A stretch of DNA of 64,000 nt from NCBI GenBank assembly GCA_001949185.1, contig BDGG01000002.1, positions 3,896,448 through 3,960,447 of the forward strand, given 5' to 3'. Positions 49,047 to 64,000 of this stretch are shown piece after piece (the first letter of the stretch is position 1; each line of letters starts with the position of its first letter). The position numbers were made by a program, and so were the translations under genes. The DNA comes from Ramazzottius varieornatus (lineage: Eukaryota > Animalia > Tardigrada). Under the pieces are notes generated by a model. It did not search any database and was not told where the DNA came from. It saw only the letters and a list, made by a program, of their open reading frames with translations.

Positions 49047-51788
49047 ATGCTGATGACAATGAAGCATGATCTCCATTCCTTCTTATGGATATTAATTTCG
49101 TCATGGCATCAGCTTGTCTTGGGTCAAGGTAAGAATGATGTGGTATATTCCTCCGCTCCGTTTACCTACGCGAACGCGGAATTCGGGCCAGAGGATTAAG
49201 TAAATCTCTCATGATGATAGGTTGGACCCCTATTTAGAGCAGAATATTGGATAAAGAGGTGTATGTAAACATTTGAATGTTCGGTTGATGATACAGTATC
49301 ATCACTATCATCTATCGATGATCGCATACGCCGCGCGCCTGTGTTATGAAATCATTGAGACCGGCGGTTTATTTTACGAGCGGTAGGGATGATTGCTCAC
49401 CGGTTCGATCAGCATAATGTACTTCAATCGATTCCAACCTTATTCTTGCCAGTTTTTGAGTAGTTTTCCTCCTTAGCGGTAACGTCAAAGTGTCACTGAA
49501 CCGGAAGTGCTGGTTCTCGGGATGATAACCTCGCTACTGATATTCATATTCCGCTGGATTTGATAGCACAACTCTTGGGTTTTTTCTTTAGGAGATGGTT
49601 CGAACACTTCAGCGTCAACTTTTCGACTGGACGCTCCGCGAACTTCCGGGTCAAAGTCGATCGACAATAGGCTCTTCGACGATCTCTTCATGGAGTACAA
49701 GAAAGAAATCCGCCCCAATTTCAACACTTCAGAACCTTTGACTGTAGAACTGGGATTCACCTTCAACCGCATTGAGTTCCTGGTGAGTGTTTCAGACTTT
49801 GAGGTTTACGATGGGGCCAAGTAGATGTAACGAGCCGTGGCTGGTTGGCGGTTGCCCAATATAGCATGGTGTCTTACCACTTCAAAGTCCAAGTGGTCTA
49901 TCCCCCACAGTTCACTCGTTCCTGCCATTTACCTCATGCAAATGTTTGCTTTGTAGGATGAAAAGCATCAAACATTGACATTCCATGTACGTGATGAGCT
50001 TTTGATAGGCTATTGCTTCCTAAGCTGTAAGGCTTCCCTTTCCGATTGTGGTTTTTGTGTAGGCTACCACCCGTATGCGGTGGACTGATGTTCGCTTGTC
50101 TTGGAAGCCGGAAGACTACAGCAATATCAACGACATCTCTTATGCTTCCTTCGCCTTGTGGATACCGGACGTCATCCTTGCTAACCGGTATGCCCACCTG
50201 CATTAAGTAACTCGCAGAGAACTTTTCAAAGTTCAAGGTCGAAAAGGGCGATTGATGCTACAGTGCTGGTAGTTTTCAGGGACTTTTTCGACCAGTACCA
50301 CTCGAATGGGATGTCACCTAATGAGTTGAATATGATCGGTTTCCCAAGCGGCGCACGCTCTCATTGTTGTGAGTGCAAAGTGTGCGCCGCTTTGGAAAAC
50401 GATCGTGTTCGAATTATTTGCCAACGTCCCTAAAACGAAACCTTGGTTAAATTTCAAAATGAATGTTGGAATGGTAATTCAAAATTACGGTAAGTCAGGA
50501 GCAATGAGAAACTTCTTAGGTATTTTTAGGGCGGATCCGTTGGGAAGTAAGAACTTCGAGCACGTTCTCGCTCACGTCTACTATGATGGACAAGTCCTCC
50601 TTTCTTCCCCCTCCGCCTTCAAGGTCTACTGCGCCATGGACTTTGGCAAGTGGCCGTACGATATTCAGACCTGCGCGATTGAGTTCGAGTCCTTCACGCA
50701 CGACGGGACGCAGATTGAGCTGCAATTGATGCCCAACAATGGCTCCTTCGCCGTTGACGTCCTGCCCTATGCATCTATTAATGAATGGCGTGTTATGAAC
50801 GTCCGCGCCTCGAAAGTCATCAAACGATATGAATGTTGCAGAGGCGTAAGTCAAACTGACATGTGAATATCCTACTGAGATAATTATGACTTTTTGTTGA
50901 TGTAGGAATATCACGCAGTGTATTTCGCCGTTCAAATGCAGCGGAATCAACCGTTTTACCGACCTTTGATGTTGACGCCCATGGTCCTGGTTCTGTTTGC
51001 CTCCTGGCTGCTTTTTCTGATGCCTTTGCAGAGTACTGTCAAGTTCGCGATAGGCAGCTTCCAGTTTGTCTATACGGCCGTTTTTGCCATTTACCTCAAA
51101 ATGACGCTGCCGCCGTCCATCGAGGAAGTCCCTTTCATTGGTAAGCGAAAAATAGTGTTAGTCCAATGCGGATCGTTTCTATGTTACTGAGATATCGTAA
51201 ACTAAATTTCTGGAGCTAACAAAGTCGTTTTATGAGATGTTAAAAAGGCAGGTGAAGACGGCGTCGACGAGATTGCTGTTTATTACGTGGAAAGATCGTA
51301 AAACATTTTCATGGGTGAAATGATTACTCGTAGCTCGAATGATTATGAAAGATAAACAGACACGGAACATTTGACTTTTTTGATATAAGTAATTAATCAA
51401 AGAATGGCGATCTTTAATGTGATTGTATGCTTGTTTTGCAGTGACTTTCACCTTGAATGTGATGGTCCTCATCCTTCTGGCCCTCTTTATCGAGACGTTC
51501 CTCTTACGAATTTCCCTCCTGAAATGTCCTATGCCGACACCTGTCCGCAACCTCGTCCTAGACTCGCTAGCGCGCGTCTGCTGTCGGAAGAAGCCAAGTG
51601 GGTACTTGAAGAACAGCGGGGTGAGAGTGTCGAACGGCGATGTCGTCATGGATCACTTTGAGATGGATAACGGTGAAGAGAATCTCATGGCGCACAAGGA
51701 CCAGGATGATTGGCTGTGGCTAGCCTCGGTGTTTAATAATATCGCCTTTGCCGTTTACGTGCTTGTCTCATTTGTTCTTTTGATCTGA
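49047..51788 (+). CDS. Cys-loop ligand-gated ion channel, divergent nicotinic acetylcholine receptor alpha-like subunit
   Basis: 7 coding exons (first one tentative). RLFDDLFMEYKKEIRP, WTDVRLSWKP, LWIPDVILAN, Cys loop C-AMDFGKWPYDIQT-C, loop C YECC, four TM segments, M4 preceded by WLWLASVFN. Confidence 0.93.
50308..50430. mobile_element. MITE-like copy in nAChR intron
   Basis: gggatgt..gatcggtttcccaagcggcgcac..gtgcgccgctttggaaaacgatc..tttgccaacgtccc. Confidence 0.8.
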
Positions 51789-52136
51789 AGTCCAGATCCC
51801 GCCTCCTCTTCAGGTGGCTTTTTTCTTTGTTGAAGTTTGCAGATTTTGTTGTTTTATCGAGCATTTGGCGTTCAGATGTATCTACAGCACACTTTTAAGT
51901 TTTGACGTGAGCTTTCAGTTTTGAGCCTCACACGAAATCTGCCGCGCTTTCCTTATACAATAGCAAAGCTTTCGAAAAATTTCGTTCGAGCACACAACAA
52001 ACGCACTAATTATACGTGGAATGGTGAAAGTGGCAGTGAACACTCCCGAAGAATATTTGGTACCCTAGAAAGTACATCGTACCCAAGAGAGTACATGTGT
52101 CTGAAATCGGAACCCATGCGGTCCACGTCACTGGCT

Positions 52137-54195
52137 TTAGGCCTGGTGACCGATCTGTTTGACCACTTCCGCCACCAGTAGCTGCATGTTCGCGGCTCTT
52201 TGCTGACCGATCATCAAGACTTCCTGATGGTTGGGTTCGTCATCCCTGTAGTCGAACGTCTGTCAAGATTTCTTGGTTTTCAGCAAAAGTCGTATTTCAA
52301 CTGAGACCTCGTAGTTGTTTTTGACTGTTTTCCCAAGTGACGCACTTTCTCAGCCAAAAGCAATGCAAACGTGTGCCACTTGTGATAACGATCATGTTAA
52401 ATTCATTTGCCGACGCCCAGTTAAACGTGAAGTCAAGTTGAGCTTTGATGGGTCAAAATTCGAGGATTTACCTGTCGTATTGCTGGATGATAATGTTGGT
52501 AATCAGGGATATTCCAAGCACGCGCATTCCACAGTGCTTCGCCACTATCACTTCTGGCGCTGTTGACATGCCTGGACAGTATCATATCGTGAGTAAATAA
52601 TCCTAATCGTCATCAGATTTGATTTAGCTGGTTAACCACTCTCTCCGCTTGCCTCCAAAGGATAATATTCAACACCTTACCCATACAATCCGCTCCCAAA
52701 ATCCGCCCAGCTCTCGCTTCGGCCACCGTCTCAAACGTGGGTCCGCTGACCATCATGTACACGCCCTCGCGCAAGTCCTCTCCAAAACCGATCCCTAATG
52801 CCACCTTCCGGGCCAACTGGAGGAGTTGACGGTCGTAAGCTAGACTGAGTGCGGGGAAACGAGGGCCCCATCTGCAGAAAGACCCTTCACTTTCAACCTC
52901 TCCCGTGAGAAGCTATCTAGAAGAACGGGCACCTTGCGTCGTTCAGTCCCATCAGAGGATTAGCGCCAATCATTCCGGGAAGGTTAATGTGGTCTTTAAT
53001 CAACATGATGTCGCCGACCTTGTAATCCGGATTAACAGCCCTATGATATTAAGAGGAAAGACAGGTTATTTTTACTAACCTTTTTCCCACATGGATAGGT
53101 GCGCCTGACAGGTGCGCCAAGGTGGCGACCTAGGTTAACCGTATCGATTTCCTCACCCGGAAGCGTTTGTGACGATGATAGTCTGTACACCGAGGAGCTT
53201 GAATACACGGACTGGGATTGCAATCTGCAAACAGAATATTCAGTGCTTGGACCCCATCAAAGTGGAAAGATGATGTAGAGCCAGAGTTTTACGTTTTGCA
53301 TTGCCCATCCTTCGTAAAAATGGAATCGGCCTTGCATGCAGACAACGGAGACTTCGTTGAGCATTCCGAAGACCAAGCGTCCCACATGGCCATGCACTGC
53401 AAATAAGAGACTTAGAGTGAAATCTTTTCATAAATGAAGACGATATTCTAATTTGAACCCACCTGTGCTAATAGGGAAGAACGGAATATCCTAAAAGAAT
53501 GTCAACAAGACAATTGCGACATGAAACGATACGATTATGCCGGATGTAGGCAAGCGATGTAGGACTGATTCCGGTACCAGAGTATTACATCATATTCAAT
53601 GGAGTCAGTATCAGCTGCAATAGATAGCAAACTTACCATAGGAAACGTACATCGCAAAACTAAGAACCAAATATACGAATGCAGAGGTGGGACTTGGGCG
53701 ATTAATTGAACCAGATCGTGATCTCAAGTGGCGCACGAATGCATTGCTGTTGGCCAGAAGTGTGCGCCACTTGGCGAAACGATCTAGTTCAAATCGTTTG
53801 CCCGCGTCCCTTGGTAGAAGATGACGTACTGAGTAGATCCGCCAGCCCTCCCAACCCGGAGCCACATATCTGAAACGGAGAAACGCTTTGATTGAAGTCA
53901 AGGCCGTCAAGGATGAAAATTTCGTCTCCACCCGGGAAAAGCCTGCTTCTACGGACGAAATACCGGTAAGAGTACTTACAATGGCTAGCGATGGGCGGTG
54001 CCCGGTACTCGCCCGCAAGACATTCACGATGTGATCGTATTCCTCAAATGAGTGTCGGAATCTGGACACATCGCAATAAAAAGACAAGTGAAGTATCTGT
54101 TATCCATATCCAAAAATTTAATGGAGTATGTTGACTTACTGCTCGCACGTTGGGCGTGTGGTTTTTCTGGACGACATCCCATCTAGGGCATCCAT
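52137..54195 (-). CDS. PNP: Purine nucleoside phosphorylase (trimeric type)
   Basis: [82 protein letters not shown]. Confidence 0.96.
52303..52418. mobile_element. MITE-like copy in PNP intron
   Basis: gttttcccaagtgacgcac..gtgtgccacttgtgataacgatcatgttaaattcatttgccgacgccc. Confidence 0.75.
53689..53810. mobile_element. MITE-like copy in PNP intron (best-preserved copy)
   Basis: gggacttgggcgattaattgaaccagatcgtgatctcaagtggcgcac..gtgcgccacttggcgaaacgatctagttcaaatcgtttgcccgcgtccc; 122 bp with ~48-bp imperfect arms. Confidence 0.88.
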
Positions 54196-54774
54196 GTCGA
54201 AGTCGTTACGATTGGCGTGAAAACTACACTCCGTACTTTTGCCGATGGCCTTCGAAGTCGCCAGCTGTGGCTGGAGCTTTACCTGCCCGAAGAGAAATAA
54301 AGTGGACGTTATTCACAGAATCATGCATCATACAATTAATCTCGACTCTCGAGCCAACGAAGATAATTATTTTACCCAGAAGTGAAGTTTGAGTACTTGC
54401 GGTCCATCGTATCAAGCTAGCTGTCTTCCCAGAACTAGTTCTCCTTCTCCACGAGATAACACTCAACAAGGTGTACTACATCCAACCGAACTTAATTGTA
54501 CTTATTAGACAATCTGACCTGTGCTGAATTCGATATCTCTATCAAGGAATGATTTCGCTTCTCGAGGCCAACAGTCTTCATTTTATCGATCCACCACTTT
54601 CACCGATAAGTAACAGACTATCGTGGGGGAAAAAACCTGGCACGCGTTGAAATATCGCTACGTCTCTCGAAGGCGAAAACCAAGCCACGAATTTTCAAAC
54701 CGTTAACTTTACGCCGAAGAACCACCATGACATTCTAGTCTGGGATACTGGTGGAAGAAGGGCAGAAAATCTCG

Positions 54775-57266
54775 TCAACGAGTTTTTCTTGCTTTGTTTG
54801 CTTGACTCTTCGGTCTGTGCTTCGTTTGCTGCAAAACCATTCGGCCGAAGACCACGAACCACCAAACTCCCGCCGAAAAAGCGAAGATCCATGTGATTAG
54901 GCTCGCAGTCAAGTTCGATAACTCAAAGTCAAATACCCGAGAGAAGAACAGAACATCTAAGCATCGTACGAACTCGCCATAAGGTACCCACGCCTTGTCG
55001 TCCAGCAGCGACCCGAGGTTCCCCAACGAAGCCATCAACCCCAGACTAGCTAACCATACCTGTGTATGCGACCACCCCTCAAAGCGTTCTGCCGTGTGGT
55101 GGAAGAATAGAATTAGAAGAACGAAATGGACGATGACGTACGCGGACTTCCATGGGGCGATCTGGACGTCGTAGACTTTGACGGGATGCTGGATGGCTGG
55201 GATATGTTCGGGGTTCCCGAGTCGTTGCGTACCAGGTGACCAGCCTGGTCCCATTATCAGCGAGTTAATCTTGTCACGGAGGTTTGGGAAGGTGGCTAGG
55301 CGGGAGACAGCGTCGAAGTAATAGCAGGTCTGGACCCATACACCGTTGAAACTGGACACTGGGGAGAGGATGCCATAAACAACTTCCTCATCGGGATGCT
55401 CGGGTTCGAACGTCCCGAACATCTTGTCCCTGCAACCAAAATGTACTCTTATCTCAAAATTGCATTACATATCCAGCTGTCAATTATTGGCTTTCAGATA
55501 AAGTTTTCGATCGGTTAGTTACCAGATGATCAAGACTCCCGCGTAGTTCTTGTCAATGCAGTAGGGATTGCGACCATGATGGACTCTGTGGTGCGATGGT
55601 GTGTTCAAAAAAGACTCGAAAATCCCACAGCTTTTAATCATGGCTGTGTGGATCCAGAACTGATATCTGCAGAAGAGCAAAACATAGGTAGAACCCATGG
55701 AAAGAGCATGACGAACTGCTCAGGAAGCCCAGCTTACAGAAGGTTAAGTTGTGCGTGAACGACATAAGCAACAGGTGTGAAGCCGAAGAAGGCCATCGGA
55801 AGGTAAACGATCCAGTTGTAGATTCCACCGATCATGCTTTGCCGTAGCGCGGTGCTCAGGTTGTATTCCTGCGACGTGCAAAATGCCTATCAGCCACAGT
55901 AGGCACTAGAACGTGGTGCGTTCGAGGAACCGACAAAGACTCACTTCCGAGCTGTGGTGGGTTTGGTGACTCGCCCATAATATGCTAACTTCTGTAACCG
56001 AGAACGAGATGCTAGTTTAACATACGAGTTCAGTTCTTCAGGCTGCTTTTCGTTCAGCTGCCGACCGTGGTTCATCCGATGTAGCCAGTAGTACGCCAGG
56101 TCCGCCGCCAAAAGCGCAAGTATCCACCCTGTCCAGCTGCGTAAAGGAATTGTCCATAGGCGGCAGTTGTCGTAGATCCAGATGTATACAATGACGTCCA
56201 GGCTTCTTGTGATGAACCTACAGGACAAGGCACTTCAACGTTACAGTTATCAGCTATGGCCGAATCGGTACAAACAAAACCCATGGAACATGTCAGAGTC
56301 CGAGTCTGACTTCCATTCACTTCAGTGACACTTCCGCTCGGAATTGAGTCAGAAAAACGCCAGAATTTTGTAAAAAGGATTTACATTGCGTCTTTTTCGA
56401 AACGGGGGGCGGAGCAACGCGCTCGCACTATGGACAGACCATACCAAGTGCACGATGATGCCCACATTTAGGCTTGCGCAATCAAGCCGCACACCTAACT
56501 TTATACCGCACAGACTGACAATACAACCATGTAGCTCCGGCGTTGGTGAGCGCTACGGCCGACAGTACTTTACGGCTATGGTGAGTCATCGGTGACTCGC
56601 CCGCTATGTTCATGTACGTATTGTCAAAAACGCCGGCTGTTCACAGCAGGGCCGTGCATCCGGTATAGTGCAGTACGATCTCGTATAGCTATATTGCGAA
56701 CATCGTTCGGCACCGTATCGCTGATTGGGCTGAACAGCTGATTAGTCCACAACAAACTCCGCCAGAATCTTTCTTTGAAAATCAAAATCTCACTTCTTTG
56801 AGACTTTGAACTCCTTCTAGGCGGCCCAGGAGTCACACAATCTTACTTTATGGTCTGTGAAGCCAGTCCAGCGCCAATGGAAGTAACGGTATCGTTTATC
56901 CGGAAGCCAGATCCAGTGTGGTAGTACTTCGCCGCGAGCTCGATCAGCAGCATAAGGATGAAGACTGGGATTACCTGAAGAGAGCATCATCAGGCATCAG
57001 CTCTCAAGTCGCGACGGTACGTTGATCTATCTTCTTACCTGGTTGGTGTAAGATGGGATTTGCTTGACATCTTCGGTTTCAGGTATCTCACTGGGGTGGA
57101 TCAGATAGAACATGAAACGCCAGTCGAAAAAGGGAAAGACAGATGCGTTCGCGACATGCTGATGGATACTCATCGACTCGTTAGCCATGCTCCCATTCAT
57201 TCCCGTCAAGTTGGGCATCTTCATCTTCTCTCCGAACCGTCTCGGAAACATGTGACAGTCGATCAT
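54775..57266 (-). CDS. AGMO: Alkylglycerol monooxygenase (TMEM195)
   Basis: [67 protein letters not shown]. The start Met is uncertain (57266, 57251 or 57224). Confidence 0.95.
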
Positions 57267-58090
57267 AGCACTATGAAGATTTCGGCTGCCGTCTGACGCG
57301 CATGACTGCACAATCACACAAAGCTGGAAGGAAGACGGTCAAAGTTCGGACAGATTGTATTCTGACGAATGTTTTCATGGCTAATCGCTCGTCAAGATAG
57401 TTGGTTCTAAGGTATGTGGAGTGTGTCCAGCTAGCTGACTTGTTACTGGCACTGATCAGTTATTCTATGTCGATTATTGCAGAGAGGGGCGTATGGAAAA
57501 CCACAACGTTCAACAGCAGCCGAAGACACTTCACTTCCGGTCCCACGAGGCTCGGTTTGGCATGCAGTCACTGCTGCCGAAGTGCAGTACGTACGCGGTG
57601 TCCGACAGACAAGGCACCAACTGAACGGTCGCACAAACATTCCAGCGATGCTGTGGGTGTCCGGTTGGCTTTCTGAACGAGATCGCGCTGTCCGAGAACC
57701 TCATGTGCTAGAGATCCTCCAAACAATAAGGTACTTCCGCCATCCAGCATGGCAAACTCGTAGCATTTCTCAATAGGGTTGTGAATAAAACATTAACTCC
57801 ACAACTGTGTGTAGTAGATGAAGGTTTCCCCATACTGTTATGATTACGATCTGTAGGCCAAGTCGGAACGACAACAACACGCAGCTGAAGTTGACCCGGG
57901 CACCTTATCACGATCACCCACTGTTTCGTGGTTGAGCGTAAATGAGACCAGCTGGACTTTGCCTGTTTGTTTGGGAGGACCAAGGAGAGCGAGTCAACCT
58001 TTTTTTTCAGGTTTCGAATTGGTTTGTCGTTGGATCAGGTGACAATCACGCCTGTACACTGAGTAACCGTGGACAGAACGTCCCGGCAAC

Positions 58091-60939
58091 ATGGCGGAAG
58101 GGAATATCAACGGGTGGTTCTTTTGCTGTTACTGCGCACTGGTCCTTCTTAACAGTAAGTGTGATCCGTCGTCTGTGCGTGAATGGTACCACTATTCTGT
58201 TTTCATCTATTTACAGCATGTATCGCACAGCTCCACCCAGAGGCCGGAGTAAACGTGAAGCTCGGAGCTCCTTCCAAGTCTGCAGTCACGGATCGGCCAT
58301 ATAAGGGTCGCCTTATAGGGAAGTTCCGAGAAGTCAAGAAAGACAATGCGGATCCCTCTCCAACTGTGGGCGCTGCTTTCAAAGTCTCTGGTAGTCTCTA
58401 TGCCGTTGACGATAAACTTTTGTATATCGACAAGTTCACCTACGATGGAGGCATTTCCGGTAATACTCTCATTAGATCCCGCCACCGAAGGTCTAAAGTC
58501 ATGCTGAACATTTGCAGATTTGCATCATATTCTTCTGCACATGACCGTAACATCTTTTCCACTTATTGCAGAGGTCTATCTGTGGGGAATATCAACTGAT
58601 GAACGATCAAAGAAGAATGACGTCTTCATCATTCCTCTTGTCAACGACTGGTAAGATACACCTAGAATTATCAGTATTCAGCACCATGTTTTTTCCGTTG
58701 ATACGATTGCTCACCCGAGTTATCTCCTTCCAGTGTAGCAGCTGCGTCTTGTGCAACATTACCGGCAATCTGGGAAGAGAGCTTGCTGCTTGCTCTGCCT
58801 CGAAACATCTCTCTCACAGCAGTCACGAAATTCGCCATTGGAACACGAGATACAACGGTGTTGGTAAGTTTCCTACGTACAATATTATGTCTGAGTACCA
58901 GCTTTACAGCGTACTGAAGTTATCTCGTTTATGTCTAGTTTCCAAAGCTGAAAGAAAGGCTCGCGACACTGAAGATACCGGCGGGTTTCACGCCACCAGA
59001 AGCTCAGATTCTGCGAACCTCGCTCGGACATACCCTCTCCACCGGACAAGTTTCTTCCGGCAAAATTATCGTTCAGGACTCTCGGCGGATATTCATAGAA
59101 CGTGTGACATACGATGGCTCTGGTCAGGAAGCCTTCTTCTGGGTCGACAGGAAGCCACAGCCATCCTTGACCGGCTGGAAGATCCCTCCCAACAATGAAG
59201 AGTAAATTTAATTCCCAGTGCTTCTTCACATTCACATGCTTGTTGTTACATCCAGTCAAAATAATTATCAATCGCAGGAACCCGCCAGCAGCCCTGAGAA
59301 GGTTGCCACCAACTGATGATAGGCCGTACAATGTGATACTGGATCTGCGCAAAGCCTTTCGCGCTCTTACCGGCAACGTTCAGTCCGTCGTAGTCTTCGA
59401 CCTCAAAAGCATCGCGATTTACGATCCGGTGCATGGTACTGTGTATGGCGGTTAGTATAGAAAATTTCGAACGCGTCGATAGTTATATGGGACTGGACAA
59501 ACCGGGTTCTTCCTTTGCAGATGCTCCCTTTGATGGAACAAGTCTTCAAGGAAAGGTTCCTCCGGCTTTGGACGACTTGACGATTCAAAGGATCTCGGAC
59601 AAAGCAGCGGCTTTAGTACGAGAGGTAAAATCCATTTGTTAAATGAAAAAGAATGAGCTCGTTAAGAGCTACTGACTTTACTCACTTTTCTTTTGGATGA
59701 ATGACACCGTAAAGTCGCTTTTGGTTCTTGGATAATCGGAGACTTAGTCAGCCCTCTTTTCTCCAGTTAAACTATCAGATTGGAGTGGACAACGACATCC
59801 AAGCCGGTCCGCTGACTTCCGTACCGCGTTCGCCACTTCTGTCGCCCCGCATACGTTTGTCTCTCACAGACGGCATGTCAAACATGCAAGGCGATGAAGC
59901 TAAACACGCTGGTACTCAACCGGTCCATCAAATACGGAAGCGCAGTGAGTGGACCCCTTTCTCAGAGTTCCATCCAGCTCCGCCTTCGCCGAACCGGCAA
60001 CTCTCGTCCAGCGACGAGTGGAACTGTGAGGTTCTGGATGACATCCTCACTCTCCAGTGGAAGATACAGGGGAAGTTTCTCCTTGTCTCTTTGTCCGTAC
60101 CGGTGAGCGCCCTACCAGACAGGGTCGCGTCATACATTGCAGTCGGGTTTGGAGGACCCAAGACTAAGTCACAGATGATCGGTAGCGATGTAAGTGTGAA
60201 ACGAATGTTTCAAACCAATTGTCGGCTGAAGAACGCTTTTCTTGGTTTTCAGGTTACTCTGGGCTATTTAGCCCCCGATGGAATTACATTGGTCGATATG
60301 GTATTGGGCGGAAATGTCTTGGTACAAGCAGTTCCTTATTGATTCGTTCTTCTGGAGTGTTGTTTGTCGTAATTTCGTTTGGGAGTTTTAGTGTGATCCG
60401 AGCAGGCCAGCGGTGAACGCCTTCTGTCCGCGAGTGCTGGTTGGTGGGAAGCAAGCCTCGCGGTTGGTTGGTGATGGAGGTCTGAGCGCGGACGGGAAAG
60501 TTAGCTTTTCTTACAGACGTCCATTAGAAGGTATGCGCTATGTTCACGTTCTCTCATTGATCATACTGACGACGTGGGTTAAGATAGTATGCGCTACTCT
60601 AGCACAAGACATTTTGGGAAAGGACATTCCACTAGACGCACCGGTGCTTGTTGGTTGGGCTATCGGACCAATGAATTTAACCAGCCAGTTGCCGGAGTAC
60701 CATACCGCGCATTCCAGTGCGACCTGTAAGTGACTGACAGCAAGTTTACACCCAATGACATGATAAAAGGTTTCGTTTGACTTTTAGTACCGCCGTTCCT
60801 GCATCTTGGACGTGAGCCGCAAGACAACTGCAACAGTCGACTGGCTCAAGCCTCGGAGATCCCCAACGCGCTAATCATCACCGCACAACGTGAGGAACAT
60901 GTGAACCCGTGGACACCAATGAGCTGGACGATGGCTTAA
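58091..60939 (+). CDS. Secreted DM13-DM13-DOMON protein (Skeletor/Knickkopf-like)
   Basis: Signal-like N-terminus; DM13 #1 YKGRLIGKF..VSGSLYAVDDKLLYIDKFTYDG; DM13 #2 VSSGKIIVQDSRRIFIERVTYDGSGQEAFFWV; DOMON NCEVL..LQW..YIAVGFG..SQMIGSDV..YRRPL..VGWAIGPMN..PEYH..LHLGREPQDNC. Confidence 0.88.
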
Positions 60940-61401
60940 TGTTCGCACAAAGTAATTTCTGTCCTAACATCCACTCGGAAGAGAATAGTTAGAAATATTT
61001 CTACCCTAAGACCGCTAATTGGACGCTTCTTCCTCATTATTCATGCAGAACAAACGTCAGATCAGTCCGTTCGTCCGCATTTGCATCAGACACCCTTCTG
61101 CGATGCTTCCGCTAGATTTAGGGGCCAACTGGTGAACTCTGCCAAATCAAGGCTAATCAAGTGCATCGAGCCCAGTTGGGACACAGACTGAATGTCGGAG
61201 ATCGGCAATCAGACAGGAACTTACTGATATATTACTGTGGGTAAAAGAAACAGATGTGAATAAAACTATAACAGATATGCTAAAATTTCGAACTCTAAGT
61301 GAAGCCAAGATGAAAGTATAATGAATAAAAATGACGTTTTCTTCTTAAACAGCGGTCCCGTGCTCCGTCCTTTCGTTTCCGAAAGGTTGAGCCCTTCGAT
61401 A

Positions 61402-63872
<2,471 letters not shown>

Positions 63873-64000
63873 TCATATCCGAACACCTGAAGAGATACTG
63901 CAGGTCATACCAGCAACGTAGAAACAGGAGGAAGGTTGTCCGGAATCTGGATTCTGCATAAATGCAGGGAAGAACGGCGACTGACAGCGAGCGATGGCCC

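Noticed and set aside
20518-51788. Functional linkage of the Ly6 pair with the divergent nAChR as a co-located system
   Set aside because: They are about 26 kb apart with unrelated genes between; proximity in an animal genome is not evidence of interaction.

Overview
Gene-dense eukaryotic DNA with mostly short (about 60-100 nt) GT-AG introns and roughly balanced GC content. It comes from a compact invertebrate animal genome; the gene style suggests a eutardigrade, which is inference only. I can reconstruct about 20 protein-coding genes by hand: Rab27 (partial), two tandem secreted proteins with a C2/MNNL-like domain, a rhodopsin-like GPCR, PREB/Sec12, glycine decarboxylase, a 3-unit polyubiquitin with TATA box and heat-shock element, PRELID1, two tandem Ly6/quiver-type GPI proteins, SMYD5, an FGF8/17/18-like gene in a ~16-kb gene-poor region, an F-box protein, PIMT/PCMT1, a secreted orphan, COA7, a divergent nAChR-like subunit, PNP, AGMO, a DM13/DOMON protein and PFKFB. 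There is also a U2 snRNA gene, missed by the ORF track, and a family of ~122-bp palindromic MITE-like elements at 13 loci, mostly intronic. Most ORF-track entries are exon fragments or antisense shadows. Exon boundaries were read by eye and need RNA-seq confirmation.
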